A stretch of DNA of 64,000 bases from Gemmatimonadota bacterium (lineage in GTDB: Bacteria; Gemmatimonadota; Gemmatimonadetes; Gemmatimonadales; GWC2-71-9). Location of the stretch: NCBI GenBank assembly GCA_039586365.1, contig JBDHKN010000003.1, forward strand, positions 38,275 through 102,274, in the 5' to 3' direction. The position numbers and the translations under genes were made by a program. Positions 18,606 to 28,184 of the stretch are shown piece by piece; position 1 is the stretch's first letter, and each line of letters begins with the position of its first letter. The notes under the pieces were generated by a model that searched no databases, was not told the DNA's origin, and saw only the letters and a list, made by a program, of their open reading frames with translations.

Positions 18606-20255
18606 ATGAGACTCGTGCGTTTACTGCTCGTCGTCCCGATCGGGTTGCTCACGACTACGCCGCCTGCTGCCAGCCAGGCAGCGGCCGACGCCAACCTCCA
18701 AGTTGATCGCATCTTCCAGCGCTGGGATTCGGTCGATAGCCCGGGCTGTGCGGTGGGCGTGGCGCAGCATGGATTGGTTGTGTTGTCCCGAGCTTATGGG
18801 ATGGCCGATCTGGAGCACAACATCCCGAACACCCCCAACACGATCTTCGAGGGCGGGTCGCTTTCGAAACAGTTCACGGCTGCAGCCATCATGCTGCTCG
18901 CTCTCGAAGGCAAGCTCTCCCTCGACGACGATGTGCGTAAGTATGTCCCGGAGGTTCCCGACTACGATGCGACTATCACACTCCGGCACCTGCTGACTCA
19001 TACCAGCGGGCTGCGTGACTGGGGCAGTGTCGCGGAGATCTCTGGTTGGGGGCGGCAGAGCCGGACCCACAATCATGCGCATGTGCTGGATATCGTGAGT
19101 CGCCAGAGCGCGCTCAACTTTCCGCCGGGTCACGAGTATTCGTACTGCAACACCGGTTACAATCTGCTTGCGATCATCGTGGGCCGAGTCAGTGGTATGT
19201 CGTTCGCCGAGTTTTCGAAGCAACGCATCTTCGAACCGCTCGGCATGGCGAACACGCAGTGGCGGGACGACTACACACGCATTGTGAAACGACGCAGTAC
19301 AGCGTATGCGGTGAGAGATACGAACGTTTCCATTATGCGGCCGATCGAAGACGTTCATGGCAATGGAGGTATCCTCACGACGGTGGGTGACCTGCTCATC
19401 TGGAATGAAGCACTCACGGACGGACGCTTGGGTGGTCCCGAGTTCCTCCGACTGCTGCACGACCGGGGCCGGCTAAACGACGGCCGCCGAATCAGCTACG
19501 CTGCAGGACTCGTAGTGCAACCGTTCGCGGGAGTACCGTCAATCACGCACACCGGCTCGACGTCCGGGTACCGGGCTTTCCTGGGACGCTATCCGGAGCA
19601 GGGTCTGTCCGTCGCCATGCTGTGCAACGCATCGAACGTCAGCACAAGCGGGGCCGGTGGGCTCATCGCACAGGTTTTCCTGGGTGATGCTGCGCAGGAT
19701 CCGGTAATGCCAGAAACAGTCGCCCTGTCAGTAGAGGCGTTGTCACGGCTGGCCGGGCTATACCGTGATACGCAGACTGGTGATCCAATGCGCCTGGCGT
19801 TGGAGGACGGCCGGCTGCAGATGGATGGTAGGGTCCCGCTGTTGCCGCTGTCGCAAGCTGAGTTCCAGGTTGGATTCGGCGATCGCCGCTTCGTATTTCA
19901 GGCGGGCCGCGGGAGTCAGCCCAGCATATTGGTGCTGTCGGGCGAGTTCGAGGACGGCACATATGAACAGGTAGAGGAGTTTCACCCGGCTGTTGCGGAC
20001 CTGCGCGCCTACGAAGGTGAATACTACAGCAACGATGCCGAGACCCTGTTCACTGTGGTGGTCGAGAACGATAGCCTCATTGTACGGCGCAGACCGGATG
20101 ATACGTTCCACCTCTCACCTGTATACCGTGACGGCTTCGACGCTGCACGATTAGGGCTCATTCGCTTTGAACGCGACGGTACGGGTGACGTCATCGAGCT
20201 CCGGCTACGTGAGTCGCGGGTCTACGACATGCGGTTCCAGCGCGTGGAACGCTAG
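18606..20255 (+). CDS. Exported serine hydrolase (class C beta-lactamase/D-aminopeptidase family)
   Basis: Signal peptide; SxxK 'GSLSKQFT', 'LLTHTSG', YxN 'YSYCNTGY', 'HTGS'. Confidence 0.9.
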   Translation: MRLVRLLLVVPIGLLTTTPPAASQAAADANLQVDRIFQRWDSVDSPGCAVGVAQHGLVVLSRAYGMADLEHNIPNTPNTIFEGGSLSKQFTAAAIMLLALEGKLSLDDDVRKYVPEVPDYDATITLRHLLTHTSGLRDWGSVAEISGWGRQSRTHNHAHVLDIVSRQSALNFPPGHEYSYCNTGYNLLAIIVGRVSGMSFAEFSKQRIFEPLGMANTQWRDDYTRIVKRRSTAYAVRDTNVSIMRPIEDVHGNGGILTTVGDLLIWNEALTDGRLGGPEFLRLLHDRGRLNDGRRISYAAGLVVQPFAGVPSITHTGSTSGYRAFLGRYPEQGLSVAMLCNASNVSTSGAGGLIAQVFLGDAAQDPVMPETVALSVEALSRLAGLYRDTQTGDPMRLALEDGRLQMDGRVPLLPLSQAEFQVGFGDRRFVFQAGRGSQPSILVLSGEFEDGTYEQVEEFHPAVADLRAYEGEYYSNDAETLFTVVVENDSLIVRRRPDDTFHLSPVYRDGFDAARLGLIRFERDGTGDVIELRLRESRVYDMRFQRVER

Positions 20256-20325
20256 TGTCGGCCAACCAGGTGCCAGCAGGGCTAAGTCGCGCGATCCAGC
20301 ATCCCCAGCTTGAGGAGGAGTCTGC

Positions 20326-21171
20326 ATGGCGATCGCGCAGGCGACGGGAGTAGTCCTCGCTCTCGCAGCTGCAGCGATGTGGGGTGGGGCGGACTTCAGC
20401 GGCGGACTTGCCAGCCGTCGGACCAATCACCTCGCAGTACTGGCCCTGTCCAGATTGTCGGGGCTGGTGCTGCTCGCTGCGATGGCCGCGGTGACGCGAG
20501 AATCGCTACCGCCGCTGACATCGGCTGAGTGGGCCGCCGCGGCCGGTCTGGCGGGTGCGCTGGGCATTGCGGCACTGTACAAGGGTCTGGCGATCGAGCG
20601 CGCCGCCCTGGTCGTCCCGCTGGCGGGCGTGATCGGGGCAGCCATACCGGTTCTGTTTGAGGCAGCTACTCACGGGGTGCTGCCGCTCTGGCAGCAGGCC
20701 GGCCTGGTGACAGCGTTGGTGGGAATCTGGCTCGTGAGCCAAGGGCACGGACCATTTGGCAGAGACTCATCCAAAGGGCTGTTGCTGGGTGGCGTGGCTG
20801 GGGTCGGCTTCGGTGGGTTCTTCATCCTGCTGGGGCAGGTTGGTCCGGGCGCCGTGTTCACGCCACTCGTCATAGCAAGTTGCGCTGGCCTCGTTGCTGC
20901 CGCTGTTGCTCTGCTGCTTTCCGGGACCGCCCTGCCAGGGCCGACTGGGAATCCCGTTGCGCTCCTGGCCGGAGTTCTCGACGCAGCCGGCGTCGTGATG
21001 TTTCTTGTGGCGATTCGGTGGGTACGACTGGACATCGCGGCCGTACTCGCGTCGCTATACCCGGCGATCACCGTGCTGCTCTTTCGGGTGGTGAAGCAGG
21101 AGTTCGTCGCTCGCAGGCAGTGGCTCGGGCTGGCAGTGTGTGTCGTGGCGATAGCGCTGATCACGGTATGA
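20326..21171 (+). CDS. EamA/DMT family transporter
   Basis: 10 TM segments; 'WGGADFSGG', 'LASLYPAITVLL', 'QWLG'. Confidence 0.9.
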   Translation: MAIAQATGVVLALAAAAMWGGADFSGGLASRRTNHLAVLALSRLSGLVLLAAMAAVTRESLPPLTSAEWAAAAGLAGALGIAALYKGLAIERAALVVPLAGVIGAAIPVLFEAATHGVLPLWQQAGLVTALVGIWLVSQGHGPFGRDSSKGLLLGGVAGVGFGGFFILLGQVGPGAVFTPLVIASCAGLVAAAVALLLSGTALPGPTGNPVALLAGVLDAAGVVMFLVAIRWVRLDIAAVLASLYPAITVLLFRVVKQEFVARRQWLGLAVCVVAIALITV

Positions 21172-21377
21172 CGGAGGGGGGAATACTCGGTACCCTGCCA
21201 CGCCGCGACGATGTCATGCTGGCTGGAGGGCGGCAGCCAACTGTCTGGCGGGTGCCGGCGAATGCCATAGCTTAACGCACTCTGGAGTCATCCTAGGACC
21301 ACTCGGTGGCGTGTTGGAGTGCTCCAGGCGTCTGACACAACACGATTGACACATCCCTTACACCGAAGAGGAATCCG

Positions 21378-22559
21378 ATGTCCACCAATCGCAGGGATTT
21401 CTTGACCCAGCTTACGTTGGCCGGAGTCGGCGCTCCCGCTCTTGCAGGCGGAGTTGCAGCTTTTTCTCCTGCTGTTCGGGCAGCTTCGCAGGTACCCGGA
21501 GATGATCTCGCTCAGCCACCAAGACAACAATCGGGGCAAGCCGTTCATTCAGTCCTTTCCCAGGACCACCAATACATATACATCGATTCCTGCATGCAGA
21601 TCTGGCCCGACGCCGATCTCGCGGTGGCACACAGACACGGGGTCACCGCCTATGGTGTCACCGCGTGGGATCCGCACGCCGATACTAGCAGTGCTCTCGA
21701 AGGGCTCATGTACTGGCATCTGATGACCCGGCAATATCCCAACCTCGTGCTGGTTGAAACCACGGATGACATCCGCCAGGCCAAGCGTGATGGCAAAGCC
21801 GGGCTTCTCTTGGCAGCACAGGACGGTGACTGGATCGGTCTGGAGCTGCACCGTATCGAGGCCTTTCAACAACTGGGACTGCGCATGATGCTTCTGGCAT
21901 ACAATGCAACGAACCAGTTGTGCGACGGCTGCTTGGACCGGACCGATGGAGGCCTGACGCGTTTCGGTGAGTTGGTCGTTGATGAGTGCAACCGGGTAGG
22001 CATCGCGCTCGACTGCACCCACACCGGCAGGCGTGCGACGCTGGAGATCATGGAGCGGAGCCGCCACCCTTGCATATTCAGTCACTCCAATCCCAATGCC
22101 ATCGTTCCGAGCCCGCGCAACATCGACGACGAGCAGATCAGAGCGTGCACCTCACGTGGTGGCGTGATCGGTTTGGTGTCCTGGGGGCCTCTGGTGATGC
22201 GACCCGGTACGACGCATCGGCCCACCCTGGATGAGTTCATCGATCTCATCGACTACGTGGCCCAAATCACGGGGAGCGCTGACCACATCGGGATCAGCAC
22301 CGACATGTCGCTCGGGACCTATCCCGATCACGAGGTAGATCCTTGGGGTGCGCCCGAATACCCCAACTTCACGGAGCAATACAACCGTCATGTTACCGCG
22401 GACATCCGTTCTCCCATGAGAAACGTGGAGGGCTTCTCAGACTTCGCCGAGATCGTCTCGGTCGCCGACCGTCTGCTTTCCCGGGGTTATTCCGATGGTG
22501 ACGTGCGAAAGATGCTGGGAGAGAACTTCCTCAGAGTGTTCGAGACGGTCTGGCGCTAG
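21378..22559 (+). CDS. Membrane dipeptidase (M19) with Tat signal
   Basis: 'NRRDFL' Tat motif; 'GGLTRFG...NRVGIALDCTH', 'IFSHSN...PRNIDD', 'HIGISTD', 'LGENFLRVF'. Confidence 0.88.
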   Translation: MSTNRRDFLTQLTLAGVGAPALAGGVAAFSPAVRAASQVPGDDLAQPPRQQSGQAVHSVLSQDHQYIYIDSCMQIWPDADLAVAHRHGVTAYGVTAWDPHADTSSALEGLMYWHLMTRQYPNLVLVETTDDIRQAKRDGKAGLLLAAQDGDWIGLELHRIEAFQQLGLRMMLLAYNATNQLCDGCLDRTDGGLTRFGELVVDECNRVGIALDCTHTGRRATLEIMERSRHPCIFSHSNPNAIVPSPRNIDDEQIRACTSRGGVIGLVSWGPLVMRPGTTHRPTLDEFIDLIDYVAQITGSADHIGISTDMSLGTYPDHEVDPWGAPEYPNFTEQYNRHVTADIRSPMRNVEGFSDFAEIVSVADRLLSRGYSDGDVRKMLGENFLRVFETVWR

Positions 22560-22571
22560 GGAACGTATAGT

Positions 22572-23042
22572 TCAAGAAATGACGTAGGCCCCGGTACCAA
22601 CGGCGATCAGTTCGCCGGTCTCGTCCGCGACCTCGACCCGCGACACCGCTATGCGCCGGCCGGTGCGGAGGTTGTGTCCCGTGGCCACGAACTCGGTTCC
22701 GCGTCCCGGCCGCAGGAAGTCGACTCGCAGATCTATCGTGCCTAGAAGCTCGAACTGGTGCAGTTTCTCGTCGACTGAGTCATCGTTTGCACTGCGTTGC
22801 AGGCTCAGGAAGGCCGTGAGGCCGCCGGTTACGTCGATCACTGTGGAGATGACGCCGCCATGAAGAGTACCTCGGACGTAATTGCCGATCAGCTCGTCAC
22901 TCATTTGGAAGGCTACTTGGGGCCGGTCGTAATCGAGTGTGCGGATCTCCAGGCCGAGCACCTGGTTGAATGGAATGCGCGAGAAGATCTCCCGTATGCG
23001 AGGGAGCAGACCCTCGTTGTCGGTTGTGTCGGCGGTACTCAT
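22572..23042 (-). CDS. Hotdog-fold thioesterase (PaaI/YigI-like)
   Basis: 'IPFNQVLG', 'LIGN...LHGGVIS..D..GG', 'GTIDLRVDFLRPG'. Confidence 0.9.
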   Translation of the reverse strand: MSTADTTDNEGLLPRIREIFSRIPFNQVLGLEIRTLDYDRPQVAFQMSDELIGNYVRGTLHGGVISTVIDVTGGLTAFLSLQRSANDDSVDEKLHQFELLGTIDLRVDFLRPGRGTEFVATGHNLRTGRRIAVSRVEVADETGELIAVGTGAYVIS

Positions 23043-23068
23043 GGTTGATCGTTGCTCCAACGGCCTCT

Positions 23069-23416
23069 CTAGACTCGTCGCCCGATCAGCCGTTCCACCT
23101 GCTTTAACGTCTCGTCGACGGTCGCCTTGAACTCGGTGATACCGGGAGTGGCCGGACCAACGGTGCCGTCGATGACACTGGAGAACACGCTGTGGCAGAC
23201 CTGGGCTGCCCTGTGCAAGCGCAGCCTTCGCAGGGACCGTTGGTAATCAGAGGCGTCGGCTGCTCCGATCAGGGCCAGTAGACTGGTCCGCACATTGTCG
23301 AGCGCCGCCTTGAATTCCTCCAAAGCGGCCATCGGCAGATCGTCCCACGCGAGCTTCACATCGATCTCGTTCAGCGCCTGCTGCAGTTGGTCTACTGCGT
23401 GGTTCAGGTCACTCAT
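23069..23416 (-). CDS. Hypothetical helical protein (paralogue of 23409-23840)
   Basis: 8-bp overlap with upstream gene; ungapped similarity to it. Confidence 0.7.
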   Translation of the reverse strand: MSDLNHAVDQLQQALNEIDVKLAWDDLPMAALEEFKAALDNVRTSLLALIGAADASDYQRSLRRLRLHRAAQVCHSVFSSVIDGTVGPATPGITEFKATVDETLKQVERLIGRRV

Positions 23417-23840
23417 TGTTTCTCACCTCCAGCACCTCGGCAAGTTCCTGCAGCATCGCGTGGAATACCCTGAGCCCCGGCATGTTGGATGGCACGGTGT
23501 CGGTATAAAGATCCGCCAGCACATCCTGGCAAAGTTCGTTCGCACGGCGAATTCTCACTCTCCCGATGAAACCGGCGAGGTCGCCAGCATTCTGGGCCTT
23601 GAGCACTGCCCAGACACTCTGTCGTAGGCTGTCAACCTCCAATCCCAAGTACCTGACACCCTCTGACATTGCATTCCCTGGAGGCTTGCGTGCCTGCAAC
23701 ATTGCCAGGGCTTCCGTCACTTCTTTGACACCTCTGCGTACATCGGCATCAATCGTTTCTGCTACCGGATGTAGGTCCTGCAAGTGCTCAGGAAGGTGCT
23801 CGACGTCGTGATCCGTTCCCTCATCTCTCGCCTTAGCCAT
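23409..23840 (-). CDS. Hypothetical helical protein (paralogue of 23069-23416)
   Basis: RBS GGGGGAGA; shared pattern D..R.S..A...R.R..RA...C..V...TV....PG...F. Confidence 0.7.
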   Translation of the reverse strand: MAKARDEGTDHDVEHLPEHLQDLHPVAETIDADVRRGVKEVTEALAMLQARKPPGNAMSEGVRYLGLEVDSLRQSVWAVLKAQNAGDLAGFIGRVRIRRANELCQDVLADLYTDTVPSNMPGLRVFHAMLQELAEVLEVRNNE

Positions 23841-23978
23841 CACTCTCCCCCCTTTTCAACCAGCGTGCCTCTGGCTCGGCCTCTACGTTGGAATCTAGCG
23901 TCGCACTGACACGGGCCAACGCCGCGAATTGAGTGCAGCGCACGACTAACGGGCTACGCTGTTGCAACGGCAATCCAC

Positions 23979-24230
23979 TCATGCCGTGTTCCAATAACCG
24001 AACTCCACTTCATAGCACGATGCATCTAGGTCTGCCGCCCGGTCCCGAAAGAAAGCTGCTGCATCGGCAATTGCTCGATTGTACACTATCGGTCCGATCT
24101 CTTTGAGGAAGTAGTCTAGGAGAAGGTTGGCCTTCAGGTCCCCAATCTCGTCCTCCATGTATTCCTCAAAGTAGCGTTTGATGGAAGCGATCACCTGTTT
24201 CTGGTTGTCTTGTGAGATCTTGATGGCCAC
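23979..24230 (-). CDS. DUF2164 family protein
   Basis: RBS GGAGGAGG; 'IKRYF...EIGDLKA.LLLDYFLKEIGP.VYN.AI.DA'. Confidence 0.88.
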   Translation of the reverse strand: MAIKISQDNQKQVIASIKRYFEEYMEDEIGDLKANLLLDYFLKEIGPIVYNRAIADAAAFFRDRAADLDASCYEVEFGYWNTA

Positions 24231-24282
24231 CGCAACCCTCCTCCATGACGCTAGAGATCACTCACGGCCGAGCCCGTCAGAA

Positions 24283-24957
24283 TCAACTGTCATAGACTGC
24301 CAGTAGCTCCACCTGTGCCTCAGGTGCAAACAGCAATATGGCGTCCCGGATATCGCCCAGATGGCCGTCAATCGCGGCGTGGTCTATCCCGGGCACTCCA
24401 TACACCGTAAACAGCGCGTGCCGTGTCCCAGGCTGCAGGCGCGTCCGGTGATCGGGTCCGTATAGGACACTTGAGATTGTCGCCGTCCGATCGGCAATGC
24501 ACATGTCGCCTGGCTTCAGTTCCTGATCCCCGCCATTGAGCAACGTGTAGTGCTCAGTACCCCGAGCAGCCCCGGCAACCAACTGCCCGTCCAGTGCAGC
24601 CACATCGTGACCTGCTGTCAGCAATTGGTTCTTCAACTCGGCCATGACCATCGCCTTCACCAGTCCCGTCATCTGAGGGATCGACCGATTCTTCAGGACC
24701 ACCGATTCCAACTGCAGCTGAACGTGGTACGTCTTCTTGAACCGGCGGTAGTAATCGGTGTAGGCCCGGACTGTGGGAAGCGCCTTTAAGGCAGCCCGGT
24801 CAGCGCCGGCGAATAGTGACCGTAGGCTCCGCTCCACTTCCTCTCCGCGATTGTCCAGCGCCTCATCACGCTCTGGATTCACCACGCCACGCATTACCAA
24901 CGCTCCTACGGACGCGTTCGGATAGGTGCTCTTCCACCCGTCAGACAGTGCTAGCAT
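24283..24957 (-). CDS. Stand-alone B3/B4 domain protein (PheT-related, putative tRNA editing)
   Basis: 'VRAYTDYYRRFKKTYHVQLQLES', 'AELKNQLLTAGHD', 'SSVLYGPD.RT', 'LFTVY.VPG'. Confidence 0.82.
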   Translation of the reverse strand: MLALSDGWKSTYPNASVGALVMRGVVNPERDEALDNRGEEVERSLRSLFAGADRAALKALPTVRAYTDYYRRFKKTYHVQLQLESVVLKNRSIPQMTGLVKAMVMAELKNQLLTAGHDVAALDGQLVAGAARGTEHYTLLNGGDQELKPGDMCIADRTATISSVLYGPDHRTRLQPGTRHALFTVYGVPGIDHAAIDGHLGDIRDAILLFAPEAQVELLAVYDS

Positions 24958-24958
24958 A

Positions 24959-25429
24959 TCATGTCCCCCCACCATTCGGTCCAGCTGAATGATCGGCCTT
25001 CGACCACGCCGCACCACCGAACCAGCGAACCGCTCGGTAGGCTGCTGCTCTGCGCCACCACCAAACACCCTCTTCCTTCATGATTGCTCTAAAGAGCAGG
25101 TCTGCCTCCTGGCGGGTGTAGACTTTGGCTGGAACAGTCGAGCCCTGGGGAGGATCTCCGCGGTACCGGTACAGGAAGTCGTGGACAAGAGGTGCTGCGA
25201 TTGAGAGGTCGAACGGACCGATCAGCCACCAGAAGGGGCGAGGGACCGATGCAAGATCAAACGCGAAAGCGGCTGGCACCGTGATTTGAGTGTCGCCGTC
25301 CTGATAGCCATATGCTTGCTCCAATCGCCACGTTCTCTCGGCGACAAGATACGTGACGACCGGGGGTGATAGAGCAGATCCAACGACCTGAACGAGATCA
25401 GCGTCAAGCTCACGTATGAATGCCTTCAC
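24959..25429 (-). CDS. DUF1353 domain protein
   Basis: GTG start with GGAGAG RBS; 'VPA.F.FDLASVPR.FW', 'A.LVHDFLY', 'RQEADLLF...M', 'YRAVRWFG'. Confidence 0.85.
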   Translation of the reverse strand: MKAFIRELDADLVQVVGSALSPPVVTYLVAERTWRLEQAYGYQDGDTQITVPAAFAFDLASVPRPFWWLIGPFDLSIAAPLVHDFLYRYRGDPPQGSTVPAKVYTRQEADLLFRAIMKEEGVWWWRRAAAYRAVRWFGGAAWSKADHSAGPNGGGT

Positions 25430-25668
25430 GCTTGCTCTCCCGTAGCTAGGTTTGTGAGCCGAAGCCACCACACGAGCCGAACCTAAAGCCGCAGTCTGCC
25501 ACCTGCCGCAGCGACACGTCACTTTATAGGGTATCCCGTACGAAGCAGTCAAGCAACGGGCGCCCCGTCAGCCCCACTTGGGCGGTTTGTAAAGACCTCC
25601 GTGTGACAGCGGTCACTGTTCCTTCCCGTTCAGCCGCTACTATGTGTTCTCGCCTGAGGAGGTTAGCC

Positions 25669-26151
25669 ATGATGAATCTGAGTCTCCTGTCGCTGACGGG
25701 CCTGATGTCACTCGTTGCGTTCCAGGTACCCGCAAGTCCGCTGCCTGCTGGTAATCTGGAAGAGATTACAAAGGAATGGCTCCAAGAGGTTTTCGAGAGA
25801 GCCTACGTGGCAGTGGAGATCGATGAAGACGGCGACCTGGCTTTGCAGGAGGGGGGCAGTCTAGTTGGATGGTTGCGGCTCGACCAGGCAAGAAAGACAA
25901 TCGAGCTATTCACGATGAGCGTCTTTCGGAATGATGCCACCAGGGACGAGAAGCTCGAGTTCATCAACGATCTCAACAACAATGTTCTGGGGGCGACCTT
26001 CTACGTCGCTGCCGACAGCGTGCTGGTCGCTGACTCATACATCTACTACGAACCCGGACTCAGTGACAAGCAACTGGTTCACCAATACCATCGATTCCGC
26101 GACGCAGTGCGGACTGCATGGAGTTGGGACAAGGCGGACTTGCTGAAGTAG
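25669..26151 (+). CDS. YbjN/T3SS-chaperone-like domain protein with N-terminal signal-like segment
   Basis: RBS GAGGAGG; 'IDEDGDL', 'KLEFINDLN'; hydrophobic N-terminus. Confidence 0.6.
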   Translation: MMNLSLLSLTGLMSLVAFQVPASPLPAGNLEEITKEWLQEVFERAYVAVEIDEDGDLALQEGGSLVGWLRLDQARKTIELFTMSVFRNDATRDEKLEFINDLNNNVLGATFYVAADSVLVADSYIYYEPGLSDKQLVHQYHRFRDAVRTAWSWDKADLLK

Positions 26152-26221
26152 ACCCCAAGGAATCTGCCCCCGCCTGCCTTTGCCGGAAGGCGGGTGCACC
26201 AGGACACCCTCAGAGCGGGTG

Positions 26222-28021
26222 CTACCCGGAGTCTGCAAACCTCCAGGAAGCCGCGAAGTCTCGTGCCGGTGGCTCACCCGTCAGCCTGGCCCTGACCAAC
26301 TCGATCGGAATGCGTCCGCCCTGGATTATGGTGTCGTGGAACTCCCGATTGGTCATGCGACCCGATCCGACGAACTCCCGGTGCAGGGCGCGCATCTGCA
26401 TCCCACCCAGCATATATGCGGCCTGATAGAGCGGGGGGTACGATCCGTTGAATGAGCGGCGCACCTCGGCCGTGGCGTTGGCACGCTCGTGTCCCACACG
26501 ATCGACGAGAAAATCGATGGCTTCCTCGGGTGTCATGCGCTCCAGGTGAAAACTCAATGAGAATATGATCCGCGCGGCGCGGTGCATGCGCCAGAACAAC
26601 ATGCCAATCCGGTCTTCGGGGGTCTCCGGAAACCCCAGGTCCCATAGCAGCATCTCCCAGTGAAGTGCCCAGCCTTCTCCCCAAAACGGCGTGCTGAATG
26701 CACCGCGGTGGGCATTGTAGCGGCTCGTCATGAATCCCTGCAGGTGGTGACCCGGGATGAGTTCGTGGTGCACGGTGGCGCGAGAGAAATGCGGGTTGTT
26801 ACCACGCATACTCATCAGCTTGTCTTCGTGGTCCATTTCGTCTGTCGGGTACGATACGCGGATCACCTCGCCACCCAGGAAGAACGGGCTCACCTTCTGC
26901 CGTTCGGGCGACATCATCTCCATTCGCCAGATCTCTTCTGCCAACGGCGGTACGGTGATTAGGTCGCGTTGTTTGATGAACTCGACCGCCTCGTGTGCCA
27001 GGTCCCGCACGACTTCGGTCTGTTTCCCTGGTTCGACGGCGAGGTTCTTAACGTGTTCCAGCGCCGCCTTCCAGTCGTCACCGTATCCGAGGTCGCGCGA
27101 CGCCTGCAACATCTGTTGGTCGAGCCACTGGAACTCGCGCTCCGCGATGGCAATGAGTTCGGCTGGTGTGTACGGGATCATATCGTGGACGAGGTCACTC
27201 CGGAGCCCCGCTGCACCGATCGGGTCGCCAACAATCGGGTCTTCCTGGCCGGGCTCGATTCCCACGATGCGCGAGCGGAGAAACTGGATGTGCTCGCCCA
27301 AGGCTTTATCGAGCGTCTCGTAGGGGGCTCTCGCCCACCATGTGAACAGTGGGTCATAGCCGGCGTAATACTGGAACCACTGGTCCATGCCGCGACGCAT
27401 CCCGTCGAGCGCTGCGGCGGTACGGAAGGCCACGATCCGTGACGGTGGCTCTTCGCCTTGCAGCCTTTCTTGCACGGCTTCCTGCGCTTTGGCTATACGG
27501 TGCGGTAGTTCAGACAACAAGCTGGCAGTCGCTTGCGGGTCCGGGATCTCCATCCGTCGCCGCGCTTCCTGGAGTTCGATCAGGGTCTCAGCGAACGGCA
27601 TCAGTGGTACCATCTCTCGGAAGAGAGCTTCCTCGCGATCGAGCGATTCGATTTCGTAACGCAACTCGTTGGCCATCAGGACAAAGTCGATCTTGCCCTC
27701 GAGGCTCAGGGCGTCGAAATCGATCGCCTCCAGGCCGTCGGCCCAATCCTGGTAGAACTTGCGGAATCGCTCCCTCCGCGTCGCGGAATACTCGACATCC
27801 CAGCGACGCCCGAGGGCGGTGCGGTCGTTGCTGTAGCGTAGTACGACGCCCACTAGCTCGCTTTCGGTCCGGCTGCCCAGTGCGGCCAAGTCGGGCACCG
27901 ACCGGTTGTAGTCGATGGCGTTTGCACCGAGCGAGCTGCCACGGCTGTTGTACTGGGCCGAACTGGGGCACGGGAGCGACATCGTGAGACCCAGCAGTAC
28001 GACCAAGGGAGCACATTTCAT
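26222..28021 (-). CDS. DUF885 family exported protein (putative metallopeptidase)
   Basis: RBS GGAGG; signal peptide; 'HELIPGHHLQ', 'EGWALHWE', 'RAARI', 'YQAAYMLG'. Confidence 0.88.
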   Translation of the reverse strand: MKCAPLVVLLGLTMSLPCPSSAQYNSRGSSLGANAIDYNRSVPDLAALGSRTESELVGVVLRYSNDRTALGRRWDVEYSATRRERFRKFYQDWADGLEAIDFDALSLEGKIDFVLMANELRYEIESLDREEALFREMVPLMPFAETLIELQEARRRMEIPDPQATASLLSELPHRIAKAQEAVQERLQGEEPPSRIVAFRTAAALDGMRRGMDQWFQYYAGYDPLFTWWARAPYETLDKALGEHIQFLRSRIVGIEPGQEDPIVGDPIGAAGLRSDLVHDMIPYTPAELIAIAEREFQWLDQQMLQASRDLGYGDDWKAALEHVKNLAVEPGKQTEVVRDLAHEAVEFIKQRDLITVPPLAEEIWRMEMMSPERQKVSPFFLGGEVIRVSYPTDEMDHEDKLMSMRGNNPHFSRATVHHELIPGHHLQGFMTSRYNAHRGAFSTPFWGEGWALHWEMLLWDLGFPETPEDRIGMLFWRMHRAARIIFSLSFHLERMTPEEAIDFLVDRVGHERANATAEVRRSFNGSYPPLYQAAYMLGGMQMRALHREFVGSGRMTNREFHDTIIQGGRIPIELVRARLTGEPPARDFAASWRFADSG

Positions 28022-28184
28022 TTCAACCTCCTGCGAGTAGTGAACCTCGTGAGGTATGTTGACGCTTGGGAAGGTGTCCCGTGCTTGCCCAAGCTGACAT
28101 GGGACTGGAATATTGGATCCTGTATCTGCTAACTCAAGGCTATGCTGTATGCGTCCACCCAGCCGGCTGCGCGAAAGGAGACTG

